Below, piece after piece: positions 1-12,935 of a DNA stretch of 64,000 bases. A program made the position numbers and the translations under genes. The DNA is from Squalus acanthias (taxonomy: Eukaryota): NCBI GenBank assembly GCA_030390025.1, contig CM059432.1, forward strand, positions 37,636,001 through 37,700,000, read 5' to 3'. Numbering within the stretch: position 1 is the first letter of the stretch; each line of letters begins with the position of its first letter. The notes below the pieces were generated by a model. It did no database searches. It saw only the letters and a program-made list of their open reading frames with translations, and was not told the DNA's origin.

Positions 1-559
1 AAGTGCCTTTTGGAAAATTCCTCTGTTCAAATTTCTATCAAAATTGTATAAAGGTTCTAAAAGAATGCATTTGCCATTTTACCAGAAACACTGAACGGAG
101 GAAAGCTCGAATGCATTCATGGTGTTGCTACGTATGACGAGCATGAGGAACTGTAACATCAGTGTGCTTTAACCGTGTCTTCGGAATAGCATATCCTACT
201 GCACCAGTGTGAATTCACTTTCCCACAGCAACCATCTTTGAGTGAAATTACTAATTTAGTGCCAATGTGTAGGCAACTTGTGCTATGGGTCCTCATCCAC
301 TAGGATTTTAGCTCGACAGCTCAATCTCATTTCACATGGGACACCTATAACCAGCACAGAGAGGATCATATCCTATTTGCCTGCACTGGTATGAAGAGAA
401 AAGCCCTCTGTAGCATCGAGTCTTCAAGGTATAATTTACTTGAGGGAACCTGCTAATTTCCTAAATTGCAAGAATGAAGTATCAGGAGTTTAGAAACAAA
501 AAGAGGAACCAATATTGAGTTATAGCCTCACAATTTTGCTTGGTCAGATGTTGACTGGG

Positions 560-1030
560 AGGGGGATTTAGGAAGCAGAAGTGGGTCTCATAGATAATTT
601 GAGCTTGAAAGAGGGTCGAGAGGAGATAGGGAAGCAACTCCAGAAAGACGGGTCAGGACAATAGTGGGTGAGTGACTGGGGTGGGGGTTGGGGACGAGGG
701 AAAGGGGAGGATGCAGGGGGACAGTTACATGGATGCCTCGATCTTGGTGATGAAGAAATCCCTAAGCTCCTTGCACATGGTGTTTGATGCGAGGGTGGGG
801 GACTGGGGAGCACAGTTGAAGCAGGCCGTTGATCATGGAGAAAGGAGCCTGGGGTTATCCGTGCCTTCCAGAATTATTCTGGAACAGTCGGCGATTTTAG
901 CTCAGGGAAGGAAAGCACGGTAGTGTTTGATGTGGTCAAGCAAAAATCTGGCGAGGAATGGCTAGTTTGCTGTGCACCAAGTATGTTGAAGTTTAGGTCC
1001 CTCAGATTGAGAGGGTTGTACTGGAGAAAT
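560..1030 (-). mobile_element. Degenerate L2-type LINE ORF2 fragment
   Basis: Purine-rich + strand resembling the reverse complement of the L2 EN-RT linker region; no intact ORF. Confidence 0.55.
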
Positions 1031-1404
1031 AACAAGAGTAACAGACTGTGCTTGTTTTGCTTGGAATAAGGGAAGTGGGCATGTGAGTATGATTTATGAT
1101 AGAGATAGTGTTATGTAGGTGAAAGACTGATAAAGGTAACTACTATTTGATCTGAAGGTGTATGCCATTGTTTTACCAATACATTTTTTTAGGTATAATT
1201 TTTTCTGTCAGTGGATTACACAGAGAATAGCATTTTAGCTGAGATTGTGCTGCATAGTTGTATCATACCGAAGCAGTTTCAATGATGACATAGACATGTG
1301 TGCACCTTGAGCAATGTTTTTTCCAGCCTCCTCCCCTCCTCTCCTGAAAGCACTGAATTGCTGAGGTCGGCTTCCCTGGGCAGCCGACAGACATCCAGTG
1401 GATA

Positions 1405-1641
1405 TTTTTCAGGTATGAGCTGAATGAGTGTCGGCAGGCCATTCAGCTGTGTGGAGGGCATCACAGCCAAGCTCAGTTCTGTCTTCACCAATGTGCAGTT
1501 TCAGCAGGGGCCTGGACTGATTTTTCCCAACCCTTTTCCAGGGGTGCTGAGATCAGCTAATTAAAGCTGGGAATTGACCCTGGGGCCTCTATTTTACATA
1601 ACTTGGTGTTCTACCAGGCAGTAGCTTAACCCACTAGGCCA
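1405..1641 (-). mobile_element. tRNA-derived SINE family B (old)
   Basis: Reverse complement of the element at 13081, 22565, 32556 and 56886 (tgctgagttagctgatctcag ... ctgtgatgccctcc ... acactcactg). Confidence 0.7.
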
Positions 1642-1684
1642 TGGTATTCGCACTCTCACCTTTTTATCAGTAGCATGAACGTGA

Positions 1685-1810
1685 AAATTGGCTGCCGCGT
1701 TTCCTACATTACAACAGTGACTACACTTGAAAAAGTACTTCATTGGCTGTAAAGCGTTTTAGGACATCTTGTGGTCGTGAAAGGCGCTATATAAATCCAA
1801 GGCTTTCTTC
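1685..1810 (+). mobile_element. SacSINE1/DeuSINE-like SINE, 3' tail
   Basis: aaattggctgccgcgtttcctacattacaacagtgactacac...aaaggcgctatataaat, shared with full-length copies in the window. Confidence 0.8.
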
Positions 1811-1818
1811 AAGTCTTT

Positions 1819-3133
1819 GGGTGCGATTTTTGTCAATGGATGCGGGTTGGGAGTGGGTCAGGTGGTTTCCGGCTTTCAGTCCCGCCCCCAACTGCATCTG
1901 GCCCACAGACGTGATTTTACGTTGATTGACCTTGTTAAGCCCGCCCTGCGGGTTTGCTGGTGAATTAAGAGGAAGCCGGTCAGATGACGTCATTTGATGA
2001 TGCGTCATAGATACATAGATACATAGAAGATAGGAGCAGGAGTAGGCCATCCGGCCCTTCGAGCCTGCTCCGCCATTTAAGGAGATCATGGCTGATCCTC
2101 CAATTCAGTATCCCGTCCCCGCCTTCTCTCCGTAACCCTTAACCCCTTTTGCCTGTAGAAATACATCTAATTCCCTCTTAAATATATTTAATGAGCTGGC
2201 GTACACTGCCCTCTGTGGCAATGAGTTCCACAGGTTCACCACCCTCTGAGTGAAGAAATTCCCCCTCATTTCTGTCCTAAATGGTTTAGCCCTTATCCTT
2301 AAATTATGTCCTCTAGTTCTGTTCTCACCCGCCAAGGGAAACATTCCTTCTGCATCTAGTCTGTCTAGACCTGTCAGAATTTTATACACTTCTATGAGGT
2401 CCCCTCTCAATCTTCTAAACTCCAGTGTGTACATCCCTAAACTACATAGTCTCTCCTCATAGGTCATCTGCCGGTTTTCTTAAAGGGACCACGCACAATT
2501 TTTTTTTGACAGCTCATTTCTCAGTGTTTGACAGCATTGAGGTGCTGCAAACACTGACAATCACTGTACAAAGGTGAGCTCTTTCACCCAGGCTCTCCAG
2601 TGACTCCCTCCATAGGCTCGAACAGATGGCAGCTGCAGATGAGGTGACAGAAGCGATCTGTCACTGGTGAGAGAGGTTCTCCCAATGAGGTGGCACTAGA
2701 CATCGTTTTCAAAACTTGTTACCTAAAGAAATACGTAAATGCATTAAAAATGATTTTCCCAACATTTTCTTACCTCTGAGACTCACCAGTGCACCATTGG
2801 ATCCTTCACACCACTTCTGAAGCTGTCATCAATGCAGTAACATTACAGCAGACTCACAACACGCCACACTTACCTGGCGTGGTGTCCGGACGTCGGGAAG
2901 CCCGAGGCAGAAGCGGCAAAATTAAAAAAGAGCCTGTTAACTGGCAGGTAAGTGGCTTGAATCCTTTTCCCGCCTCTAGGTGTCGGGTCCATGTGCAAAT
3001 CGGGGACCCGACACTTGGGAAAATTGTTTGGAGGCGGGTTGACGACGGGATCTGACCCCGCCGTCAATCAAAACGATTTTAACCTTTGACCCGCCTCCAA
3101 ACCCACCCTCTCAGTGCCGATAAAATCACGGCC
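1819..3133. mobile_element. Non-autonomous TIR DNA element (PIF/Harbinger-like), interrupted by a young CR1
   Basis: Imperfect TIRs GGGTGCGATTTT / AAAATCACGGCC, TTT on both flanks, GC-rich inverted subterminal regions. Confidence 0.55.
2006..2467 (-). mobile_element. Young 5'-truncated CR1 (HER1-like) LINE 3' end
   Basis: ORF 2105-2467 (YEERL...RRLRGDLIEVYKI...FFTQRVVNLWNSLP) is CR1 ORF2 C-terminus; (TCTATGTA)n tail at 2006-2027. Confidence 0.92.
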
Positions 3134-3545
3134 TTTGAGTCAGAAGGTTGTAGGTTCAAGTCCCACTCCAGAGACTTTTGCACATAATCCAGGCTGACAG
3201 TATTGAGAGAGTGCTGCACTGTCAGAAGTGCCATCTTTTGGATATAAAGTTAAACCAAGGCCTCGCCTGCCCTTCAGAAGGACATAAAAGATCCCATGGC
3301 AGTATTTTGAAAGCGAGCAGGGGAGTTGCACTGGTGTCCTGGCCAATATTTATCCCTCAACCAACATCACAAAAACAGATTATTTCATCATTATCACATT
3401 GCTGTTTGTGGGAGCTTGCTGTGCGCAAATTGGCTGCCGTGTTTCCTACATTACAACAGTGACTACACTTCAAACGTACTTTATTGGCTGTAAAGCGCTT
3501 AGTGACGTCCTGAGCTCGTGAAAGGTGCTATATAAATGCAAGTTC
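3131..3545 (+). mobile_element. SacSINE1/DeuSINE-like tRNA SINE
   Basis: B box ggttcaagtcc, Deu-like core aaagatcccatggca...ggtgtcctggccaa, L2-like tail ending tatataaatgcaag. Confidence 0.88.
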
Positions 3546-5052
3546 AGTCTTATTGGGGGAGCCCCTTGAGCTCGAATGCCATCCAAATCCCAAGAAAGCT
3601 CACTCCCAGAAATCTTTTAGCTTTTATAATACACCACACAGTCTTTCTTTCCAAATCAGTTTCTGCATTGCAGTTTACAGTCGACATTGCCCTGGCGATG
3701 TTTCCTCACCCCTGCGAACTGTCGTCTGGATGGCCACCATATTTTGCTGTACTGATTGACGTCATGTGATGAATAGCAGGTTGGCCAGCTTCGGAAACCG
3801 TGCCAGGTTTTTAGTAGCATCAGCTGACAGGGAGAGAGTGTTTACCTGAAAAAATAATACATTGCTTTTTACTGCATTATCACCCAAGGTATGCAGAGAT
3901 CATCCAGCCGTGCAGTAATCTAAAGAGGCCTTGTCCAGCTTGAAATTAAATACAAAGGAAAGACTGTATAAATACAAAACAGGTCCTTCAGCATCTGAAA
4001 AGAGAAAAGACAGGTTAATGTCTCAGATAGCAACTTTTCACTAGAGCATCGAAACGTTTGGTTTTTATCCAGGTTTTCAGTATTTGCAGACTTTTCCTTT
4101 TATCGGTAGCATGAAATGCATACTCTTTTTGTTCTACGTAAACATTTCAGTAGCCTCGGACAGCATTATCACAATATAAGAAGTAAATTGGCATAAATTA
4201 GGGAAATGAAGGGAGTCTCTGGTACTGTGTTAGGTGGGGCATGGCCATTTCAACTTTAAGATATGAGTTTGAGTTTTTGTGTCATGTGGTAATTCCTGAC
4301 AATTTTTGATAAGGTTAAGGTTGTACATTGGCGACTGTTAAAAACAGATGGGTAAAAAGCAACAGCTTACCCTCCTTAGTAAGAGGGCAGCTCTAATAAC
4401 ATTTCCAGTATTCCTTACTGGTTTAGTAGAGCTCATTGCGTCGACTTAGGTCATCACTACCTCAGCACAGTATTATTTACAGCGATTGTACACGGTCTCA
4501 GGTCTAATATTGGCACTCGTCCCTTTGTCAAACAGTGAGATAAAATTTCTCTCCGTTGTATCCATCTAGCTGATTGTGAGCACCTCCTTCTAGTTAAGTT
4601 GTTTATAAAACCAAAGATATCCATCATAGTAGTATTTGAATATGAGGGTAGATATTACTGCTGGCATTACGTATTTGTGTGACATTCCTCTGTCAGCCAT
4701 TTTAATGGAGGCATTAACCCATTTATTTTGGATGTTTTAACAGTTGCATTAAAATAGTGGGCAGGGATGTCATACAAACATACATACGTAGAAATACATA
4801 GAAGTTACAATATGCAAAGAGGCCACTCGGCCCAACCAGTCCATGTCAGCAGTAACCCTCCACGCAAGCAAATAGCCCATATCACGTTTACCCAGCCCAT
4901 TCCCATATACCTTCAACCCTTTTCCTTCATCTGCCTGTCCAATCTAATCCTGAATGTTTGCACAGTTTCCAGCTCAACCACTAACCCTGGAAGTGAATCA
5001 CACAGCCTCGCAACTCTCTGTGGGAAGAAGTTTCCCCTGCTCTCCGTTCCCT

Positions 5053-6515
5053 GCCATCTGGCAGTAGGTGGGAAGTGGTGTTCCACAAGGATCAGTGCTG
5101 GGACCACTGGTGTTCACCATTTACATAAACGGTTTACAACAACGTTTTTGACTTGGGAATCAGAAGTACAATTTCAAAGTTTGTGGGTGACACCAAATTG
5201 GGGGATATAGTTAATACTGAAAAAGACTGCGACAAAATACAAGAAGACGTTAATAAACTTGCAGAATGGGCATGTAATTGGCAAATAAATTTAAATACAG
5301 GAAACTCTTTGGTATCCGGCACCGACGGGACCGGCGTGGTGCCGGTTGATCAAAAGTTCCGGATAACGGAGAGTTATATCTACCGAGGCTATTTTTAACA
5401 AACAAAAATCAGACTCCTGTTACTGCCGTGTTCGGACTTCCGACAGTGCCAGGAGGCCGAGTAGTGGCACTTTGGAGAACTACCCCCACTGACTAACTCG
5501 GCGTTCGCGGGAGACTCAGACTCGGACTCGGCAACATTGCCGGTTATTTGAGAGGAGTTTTCGGAGTACTCGGCGTTCGCGGGAGACTCGGACTCGGCAA
5601 CATTGCCGGTTATTTGAGAGGAGTTTTCGGAGTATGACTTTTGCCGGTTAAGAGAGAATTCCGGATATTTAGGTGCCGGTTAAACAAGAGTTTCCTGTAT
5701 AGGTAAGTGTGAGGTGGTGCATTTTGGTAGGAAGAATAAGGAGGCCGCATACTCCTTGGAAAATAAGTGTCTAAATGGGGTAGAGGAGCAAAAGCATCTA
5801 GGGGGTACAGATACACAATTCCCTAAAGTAGTGACATAGCTTAATAAGGCTATTTAAAAAAAAAATGCAAACAAAGCTCTGGGGTTCATTTCTAGAGGGA
5901 TAGAATTGAAAAGCAGAGAAGTTATGTTAAACTTGCATAGAAATTTGGTTAGACCACACATGTACTGTGCACAGTTCTGGTTTCCATATTATACAAAGGA
6001 TATAAAGGTATTGGAGAAGGTGCAAAATAGATGTGCAAGCGTGATCCCAGAACTGAGAGATGATACCTGTCAGAAAAGATTGAACAGGCTGGGGCTCTTT
6101 TCTCTGGAAAAGAGAAGGCTGAGAGGTGACCTTATATTAGAGGTTTTTAAGATTATGAAAGGTTTTGATAGGGTAGATGTAGAGAAGATGTGTCCACTTG
6201 TGAGGAGACCAAAACTAGAGGCCATAAATATAAGATAGTCGCCAATAAATTCATTAGAGAATTCAGGAAAAACTTTTTTACCCAGCGTGGTTAGAATGTG
6301 GAACTCGCGACCACAAGTAGTAGTTCAGGTGACCAGCATAGATGCATTTAAGGGGAAGCTAAGAAACACATGAGGGAGAAAGGAATAGACGGTTATGCTG
6401 ATAGGGTAAGATGAAGAGGGTTGAGAGGAGGCTCGTGTGGAGCATAAAACACTGGCATGGGCCAGTTGGGCCGAATGGCCTGTGTCTTTGCTGTACATTC
6501 TGTGTAATTCTATGT
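5053..6515 (+). mobile_element. CR1 LINE RT-to-3' fragment, nested
   Basis: ISKFVGDTKLG, KSREVMLNL..LVRPH, RRLRGDL motifs; tail tgtaattctatgtaa. Confidence 0.9.
5298..5697. mobile_element. Tc1/mariner-pogo (Tigger-like) MITE
   Basis: TIR CAGGAAACTCTT/AAGAGTTTCCTG, TA TSD, splits CR1 cleanly; internal duplication of about 65 bp. Confidence 0.9.
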
Positions 6516-7025
6516 AAATCTCTTGCATTTAATCTTGTATCTATGACCCTTCGTTCTAGACACCCAACTGCTGGAAACAGCCTGCTTCTACCTACTCTCT
6601 CATTCTTTCATAATTTTAAATACTTCTATCATACTGCCCCGTAATCTGCATTGTTCGAACGAAAAAGCCACAATTGTTCAAGTCTTTCTTTGTATTTATA
6701 TTTCACATCCTAGTGAGTCTGTGTTGTACCCTCACAAGAGCCCCAATGTCCTTCCTACAGTGTGGAAGCCAATGCTGCACACATTACTCTAACTGAGGTC
6801 TTATTAAGGTGTTAGACAGGGCGATCATTACCTCCTGGCTTTTATATTCTGTCAGGTAGAAGAAATTGGGCGCAAATAAAGCAGCAGCAACAAATGCCTC
6901 GCCGAAACTGGTGCGCAAGAGGACTACGCAAAATTTGTCCTCTTGCATCATCAGGATGTGACCAGCATGCTGGGGACACCAGCCGTGCCCCAGTGTGCCG
7001 GTCCTGAACAGGGCAAAAGACAGCC

Positions 7026-8035
7026 AACAAGAACAACTTGTATTTATATACAAAAAGAAAATACTGCAGATGCTGGAAATCTGAAATAAAAACAGAAAAT
7101 GCTGGAGATACTCAGCAGGTCAGGCAGCATCTGTGAAGAGAGAAACAGAGTTAATGTTTCAGGTCGATCGACCTGAAACGTTAACTCTGTTTCTCTCTTC
7201 ACAGATGCTGCCTGACCTGCTGAGTATCTCCAGCATTTTCTGTTTTTATTTGTATTTCTATAGCACCTTTAACGTAGTAAAACGTCCCAAGGCGCTTCAC
7301 AGGAGTATTATAAGACAAAATATTTGATACCAAGCCACATAAGGAGAAATTAGGGCAGGTGACCAAAAACTTGGTCAAAGAGGTAGGTTTTAAGAAGCGT
7401 CTTAAAGGAGGAAAGAGAGGTAGAGAGGCGGAGAGGTTTAGGCAGGGAATTCCAGAGCTTAGGGCCTAGGCAACAAGGCACAGCCACCAATAATTGAGCG
7501 ATTATAATCAGAGATGCTCAAGAGGGCAGAATTAGAGGAGCGCAGATTTCTCGGGGGAGGGGGGGGGGCTGAAGGAGATTACCGAGATAGGAAGGGGCGA
7601 GGCCATGGAGGGATTTGAAAACAAGGATGAGAATTTTGAAATTGAGGTGTTGCTTAACCGGGAGCCAATATAGGTCAGCAAGCACAGGGGTGATGGATGA
7701 ACGGGACTTGGTGCGAGTCAGGACACGGGCAGCAGAGCTTTGGATCACCTCAAGTTTACGTCGGGTAGAATGTGGGAGGCCAGCCAGGAGTGCGTTGGAA
7801 TAGTCAAGTCGAGAGGTAACAAAGGCATGGATGAGGGTTTCAGCAGCGGATGAGTTGAGGCAAGGTTGGAGACGGGCGATGTTACAGAGGTGGAAATAGG
7901 CGGTCTTAGTTATGCTGCAGATATGTGGCCGGAAGCTCATTTCAGGGTCAAATATGACACCAAGGTTGCGAACAGCGTGGTTCAGCCTCTAACAGATGTT
8001 AGGGAGAGGGATGGAGTCGGTGGCTAGGGAACGGA
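7026..8035 (-). mobile_element. L2 LINE 3' portion
   Basis: ORF 7518-7940 (AETLIHAFVTSRLDYSNALLAGLP...LEVIQSSAARV...LYWLPV) and L2 tail aacaacttgtatttatatagcaccttt. Confidence 0.92.
7051..7251 (+). mobile_element. Penelope-like terminal fold-back insertion (family 1)
   Basis: 168-bp palindrome 7084-7251 (one mismatch) centred on ggtcga|tcgacc; matches the PLE 3' end near 31385-31475; TSD ttgtattt(a/c)tata at 7038-7050 and 7250-7262. Confidence 0.9.
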
Positions 8036-10538
8036 ACCAGTGGGGGCATTGGCCAATTTGTTATGCGGTGCTCTCCCGACGCAGAATGAGTGCGTGCACG
8101 TCACATGCCATGTTGGACGTTTCAGTGACTATTTTTCACATTAAAAGTGTGTGCTGCGCAGGCCAATTCCTAGGCCTATATCTCTCGTGATAAAAGCTAG
8201 AATTCCATTAATCTTATCAATCTGAGATGCTGCCTTTAATGTCCTGTAAACCTGAACTCACAAATCCTTCTGGTCTTCCACAGCACTGAGCCTACTTCCA
8301 TCGAGAGTATAATTCGTGCTCCATTTTTAAAAAATCAAAATGCATCACCTCTCCATTACTGAGATTGAACTCCATCTGCCACAATTTAGCCCACTCCCCA
8401 TTCTTGTCAATATCCCATTAAGCGTAATCCATCACTATCGCCAACAGTAATTCCATTCTGTGTCAGCTTTTAATAGCAAGGTCTGTGCATGAAGTCAGAT
8501 TTGCCTACATTTCACACTTAACCCACTCACCATTTATTATACGAGTAGTCAACTTGGCAAGACTGGTAAATCCGCATGCCCTGGCTCAGGTTCTTGTTTA
8601 TTTTCTATCCATAATTCAGAACACACTCTTTGACCTTTTCTGTTCTGCTTCATCTGTTGCCATCAAAACGGTTTCTCTGGGCTGTAGATGCTTTGCACAG
8701 TGCTGCAACGAGCCACCTTTCCTCTTTTGTGACACACCCAGCTCAGGATCAGCGAGTACAGTACCAGCTCTCCGCTGTTTTTGCCAGTCCTTTTTGCTAA
8801 CGGAGAACATTTTCAAAGCTAAACAAGCAAAATTGTATCTTGTCAGAAAACGCTGTTGCAACAAGTTCACAAGTTGCCTGTCAGCACCTCGGTTGCCTTG
8901 TATTGTGCCGGAATTGGGAGATTTTGACACTTAATTAAACACTTGAGTTTTATACAAAGCATACCATCCTATCAGGCTCCACAGTCTTATCCGCTGACGG
9001 GCTGCACACTAGCCAGTCTCACTGTATTGTTTTACAGACTGTAAACTTAGCCTCAGTCTGACCCATCCAACTTAAATTTCAGGAACCACAATAAGACGAA
9101 CACACTTTATCGTACGGCACTACCCACACTGCTGACTAGAGTGATAAATTGTGAGTTTGCAACTGCAGGAAATGGTTCATGACCTAAGAGGAGAGCCACA
9201 AAAAGGATAATGAAGGAATGTAAAAATCCACATCCAGATTATGCTTGTCGGTAGTTTCTTTTCGCGACTTAAAAAGTCTATGTTGTATCTGGTTCTAAAC
9301 GGCAGAATTTATTTGTGTTCCTCTAGCTGTGCATCTGCCGAGAATCTCTGAGCAGCGACCAAAACAAGTCATCCTGAATAGTAGCTTTGTTTTCTTTGAG
9401 GAGGATGTCAAATCATGTGTTCAGATTGGATTGCTGGCACCAGTACAGTGCAGGAAACTGGCAAAAAAGAAAACTGCCTTAACAGTAACAGCTGAAGTAC
9501 AAAGCCCTGCACAGAATGCAGGGTTTAATAATACTTGCATTTATATAGCACCGTAACACACTGAAAGCCTCAAGTGCTAAACACAGTGAATTCCTTTTGA
9601 AGTACAGTGACTGACTGTTGGTAGGATTGCTATCATTTACATATTACCGTAATTTTGTTTCCGCTTATATTTCTATTCACACAACCAGCCAAATTGTTGA
9701 GTCATGGAGTAAATAGGGAACTGTTACTGTTGTGAGGGGTTTTACAGTCCAGCAACTGGACACTTCAAGGGCCCTGGCTTGTTATTTTCAGCTTATCTAG
9801 ATAAGACGGTTAGTAATGATATAAGGCGGATTTTGCAGTCAGCAGCGAAGGAACGGCACTTGCTGTTCATTGCGCTTACGGCTGCCCACAGACTTTTCGT
9901 GGGCTTACAGTATTTAGAGATCCTTTTCAGCACGGCGCCCTCTACAGGGGATCTGTGGCGTGTGTGAGCAGGGCTAACAACAGTGTGTCCCTTCAGCTAA
10001 CCAGCTTGAAGAATCCTCACTGAGACACGCATACTGGAATTTTCCTTACCTTGTGGGGGCCGGTGTGGCCGGTGGCCGGTGTCCGTGGCGGGTCCCGACC
10101 CCGCTGCTGGCTCCATCCCGCTGTAGAAAATGAACTTAATGGGGCCTATTAAGCCCACCCAGCACGTTACCCGGCCCAATTAGATGGAGCGGGTCTGGTG
10201 ACATCATTCATGACACGCTTTAAGCTGGGATCCTTAAAGGGACCCTGGCCACATTAAATTTTAAGTTTAATCTAACATAGTGGGTGTTGAATCTTAACTC
10301 TACAATAATATAATAAAAGTTATATATGAGTGACAAAGAAATATTTAAATAATATCATTAAGTAATATGATGCCATCTACAAATACGATCAAGAACATAA
10401 TTTAAAAAGTACATTAATTGTGAAGTTATTGGTGCTTTAGTCACAAATCTATAGACTTTTGTATCAGTAACTGGTACAAATAAAAGATGTGTGTATAGGT
10501 AATACATAAAATTAGCAGATTTTAAATGTAATTGTAAA

Positions 10539-10696
10539 GGGGTGGATTTACAATCTTATGCAAGTTCAGCGGAAGAGCTGCAGAATCCCTGACAAACAGT
10601 GCAAGTGGTGCTTACAATGTGTTTCTGGAATTTCTGCAGTTCTTCCGTTGAAGTTAACAATGGACAATTGAGAGAACCTCCGCAGAAATTCACCCT
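10539..10696. mobile_element. Short palindromic MITE
   Basis: Termini GGGGTGGATTT / AAATTCACCC with an internal inverted repeat (cggaagagctgcagaa / ttctgcagttcttccg). Confidence 0.5.
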
Positions 10697-11884
10697 AAAG
10701 TCTCAGACTGAAAAATTAAATTAGTCATATTCAGGGACTGAAAGCAAATTGAACCAGTGGAATGAGTGATGATAATGAAATTACTACGGTTGATGACTTG
10801 ATTTAATGTGTAACTGGACAATCACAGTATACTGTGAGAAAAACTTGACCAGAAACAACACAAACATTTATTTAAATGGTATATGTCATTTTTTATAGTG
10901 CAGATCAATTCACTGCAATTACTGTTGAGTTGGAAGGCAACAACCGAGAATGGCCAGTGAAAAATTAACATTTACCAGTAGCTTTTCAAGTAGAACAGAA
11001 TCTCCATCAATCTGTTAGCTGCTGTAATCAACATGTTTTTATTTTGGTTTGTTTTCCATGCTGTCAAGTAATCAACTGGAGCAATGGCCACGGAACACAC
11101 GCCTCAGGTTGGCAGACGTGGTTCCTGAGCTGTATGAATCCCGTGGCCATGCAGGGAAATTTAAAAAGTAGGGGGAGAAAGGCTCTTAAGTGCCTGTAAA
11201 GTACCTCATAATGATATCAATTGGGTCCCCCGCCGCTGCAGGTTGGGTCCGCTCCATGATGACAGACACGCCTGTGGGAAAGGCGCGTGGGAGCGAGTTG
11301 ACTGCGGGTTCCCGACCCGCTGACAAAAAAAACAACTTTCCCACCCAACCCGCCACTGATCGCGCCTGCTACCACCATGGAAAATTCTGCCCGCAGAGTC
11401 TAAACCAGGAAGTCTGAATTAGAATATTTAATTTAATGTAAAATCATGTACAGAAAGTGAAATAAAGAAAAGGGAAGAAAGATGGGATTAAGAGAGAGAT
11501 AAGAGACAAAAAGAAAAAGTAAAAAAAAAACATTTTTTATTATAATTTTAAATTTTACTTAAATTGCCAACAATAATTCAAATCTGAAGGAATGGGACTC
11601 CACACTTGTAAAATTAAATTTTCAGTGCCAGAGAGGTTGTTTGGCAGTAGTTAAGACTTATCACGCTGTTAAAAATTCACTTACACTTGAATGCACAAGT
11701 CCTAACTTTTTCTGCCATGTTTAGTGGGTGTCACACCATTGTTCCCCCGATTTTCATTGGGCGTGCGGCCCATTCACGTTATTCATAACGCAAAATCAGG
11801 ACCATTGTTTCTGTTTGCACATTCATTGCATTTATTTTGCAGAGCCCAGGTTTAAAGCGACGGCATTATTTTGCAAGACAGCAT

Positions 11885-12120
11885 TTTTTAAATATTCATT
11901 CTTAGAATGTGCGTGTCGCTGGCAAGGCTGACATTTATTGACCATCAGAAGTTGTCCTGAGAACGTGGTTGTGAGCCGCCTTCTTGAATTGATGCAGTCC
12001 GTGTGGTGAAGGACACCCACAGTGCTGTTAGGTAGCAAGTTCCAGGATTTTGACCCAAAGATGATGAAGGAACGGCGATATATGTTCAAGTCAGAATGGT
12101 GTGTGAGTTGGAGATGATGA
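11885..12120 (-). mobile_element. Zenon-like CR1-group LINE 3' end (resumes about 12598-12650)
   Basis: Homologous to 63400-63720; ORF 11832-12089 contains RSFIIFGSKSWNLLP. Confidence 0.75.
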
Positions 12121-12304
12121 TATTAAGAACAGAAGAACATATGAGAATTAGGAGCAGGAGTAGGCCGTATGGCCCTTTCAGCCTGCTCCATTCAGTAAGA
12201 TCATTCATGATCTTCGACCTCAACTCGACTTTCCTACCCAATCCCCATATCCCTTGATTCCCTTAGAGTCCAAAAATCTATCGATCTCAGCCTTGAAAAT
12301 ACTC

Positions 12305-12573
12305 GCGAAGTCGCACAACACCAGGTTATAGTCCAACAGATTTATTTAAAATTACAAGCTTTCGGAGCTGTTGCCCCTTCGTCAGGTAGAGTTACAATGA
12401 GGAAATCTACAATATATCACAGTATATAAACACCGACTCTATTGTAACTCTACCTGACGAAGGGGCAACAGCTCCGAAAGCTTGTAATTTTAAATAAATC
12501 TGTTGGACTATAACCTGGTGTTGTGCGACTTCTCATTTTTGTCCACCCCAGTCCAACACCGGCATCTCCGCAT
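12305..12573. mobile_element. Penelope-like fold-back insertion (family 2) with hammerhead motifs in both arms
   Basis: Perfect 92-bp inverted arms 12307-12398 / 12441-12532; TSD cttgaa(a/c)atactc at 12292-12304 and 12574-12586. Confidence 0.85.
12451..12486 (+). ncRNA. Minimal type I hammerhead ribozyme motif
   Basis: TAC-CTGACGA-A-GGGGC(AACA)GCTCC-GAAA-GCTT-GTA, with palindromic AAGCTT in place of stem III; mirror copy on the minus strand at about 12353-12388. Confidence 0.75.
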
Positions 12574-12656
12574 CTTGAACATACTCAACTATGCACCTAC
12601 TGCCCTTGTCTTTCTAGGTGGTGGAGGTCATGGGTTTGGGAGGTGGTCTGTACGGT

Positions 12657-12935
12657 TTTATTCTTCATAGGGCAGTTAAGAGTCAACCACGTCAGTGTGC
12701 CACTGGAGTGACATATAGGCCAGCAGGTTTCTTTCCCAAAAGGACATTAGTGAACCAATTGGGTTTTTACGACAATCCAAGAATTTCATGGTCACTTTTA
12801 CTGATACCAGATTTTTATTTTCAGACTGAACTCAAATTCTCAAACTGCCATGGTGGGATTTGAACTTGCGTTCTACCTAGATATTGGGCCAGGCCATTGT
12901 ATTACTAGTCTAGTAATATAACCACGACACTACCA
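12657..12935 (-). mobile_element. tRNA-derived SINE family C
   Basis: Minus strand reads tggtagtgtcgtggttatattactagactagtaat...gttcaaatcccaccatggcag (A/B-box-like head) followed by a SINE body. Confidence 0.7.

Larger units (their letters stand above)
6856..8176. mobile_element. Degenerate GC-rich TIR element interrupted by L2
   Basis: agaaattgggcgc at the left and gcgcaggccaattcctaggcc at the right; CR1 resumes on both sides. Confidence 0.45.
4775..8555 (-). mobile_element. Old CR1 LINE split into three pieces (about 4775-5050, 6515-6855, 8177-8555) by nested insertions
   Basis: Minus-strand CR1 3' end (FFPQRVARLCDSLP) resumes colinearly after each insertion (KSQEVMIALSNTLIRPQLE, then RT-proximal sequence). 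Confidence 0.7.
12125..12590 (-). mobile_element. CR1/HE1-type 3' tail, split by a PLE fold-back
   Basis: aggagcaggagtaggcc...ccccatatcccttgattccctt...tcagccttgaa. Confidence 0.75.

Noticed and set aside
3970..4100. Additional PLE fold-back (also about 43345-43410)
   Set aside because: Only weak resemblance to the family 1 terminus; too decayed to define ends or a TSD.
8485..9556. ORFs of 75-149 aa in non-repeat sequence
   Set aside because: No recognisable domain or convincing splice-site pair; lengths are compatible with chance.
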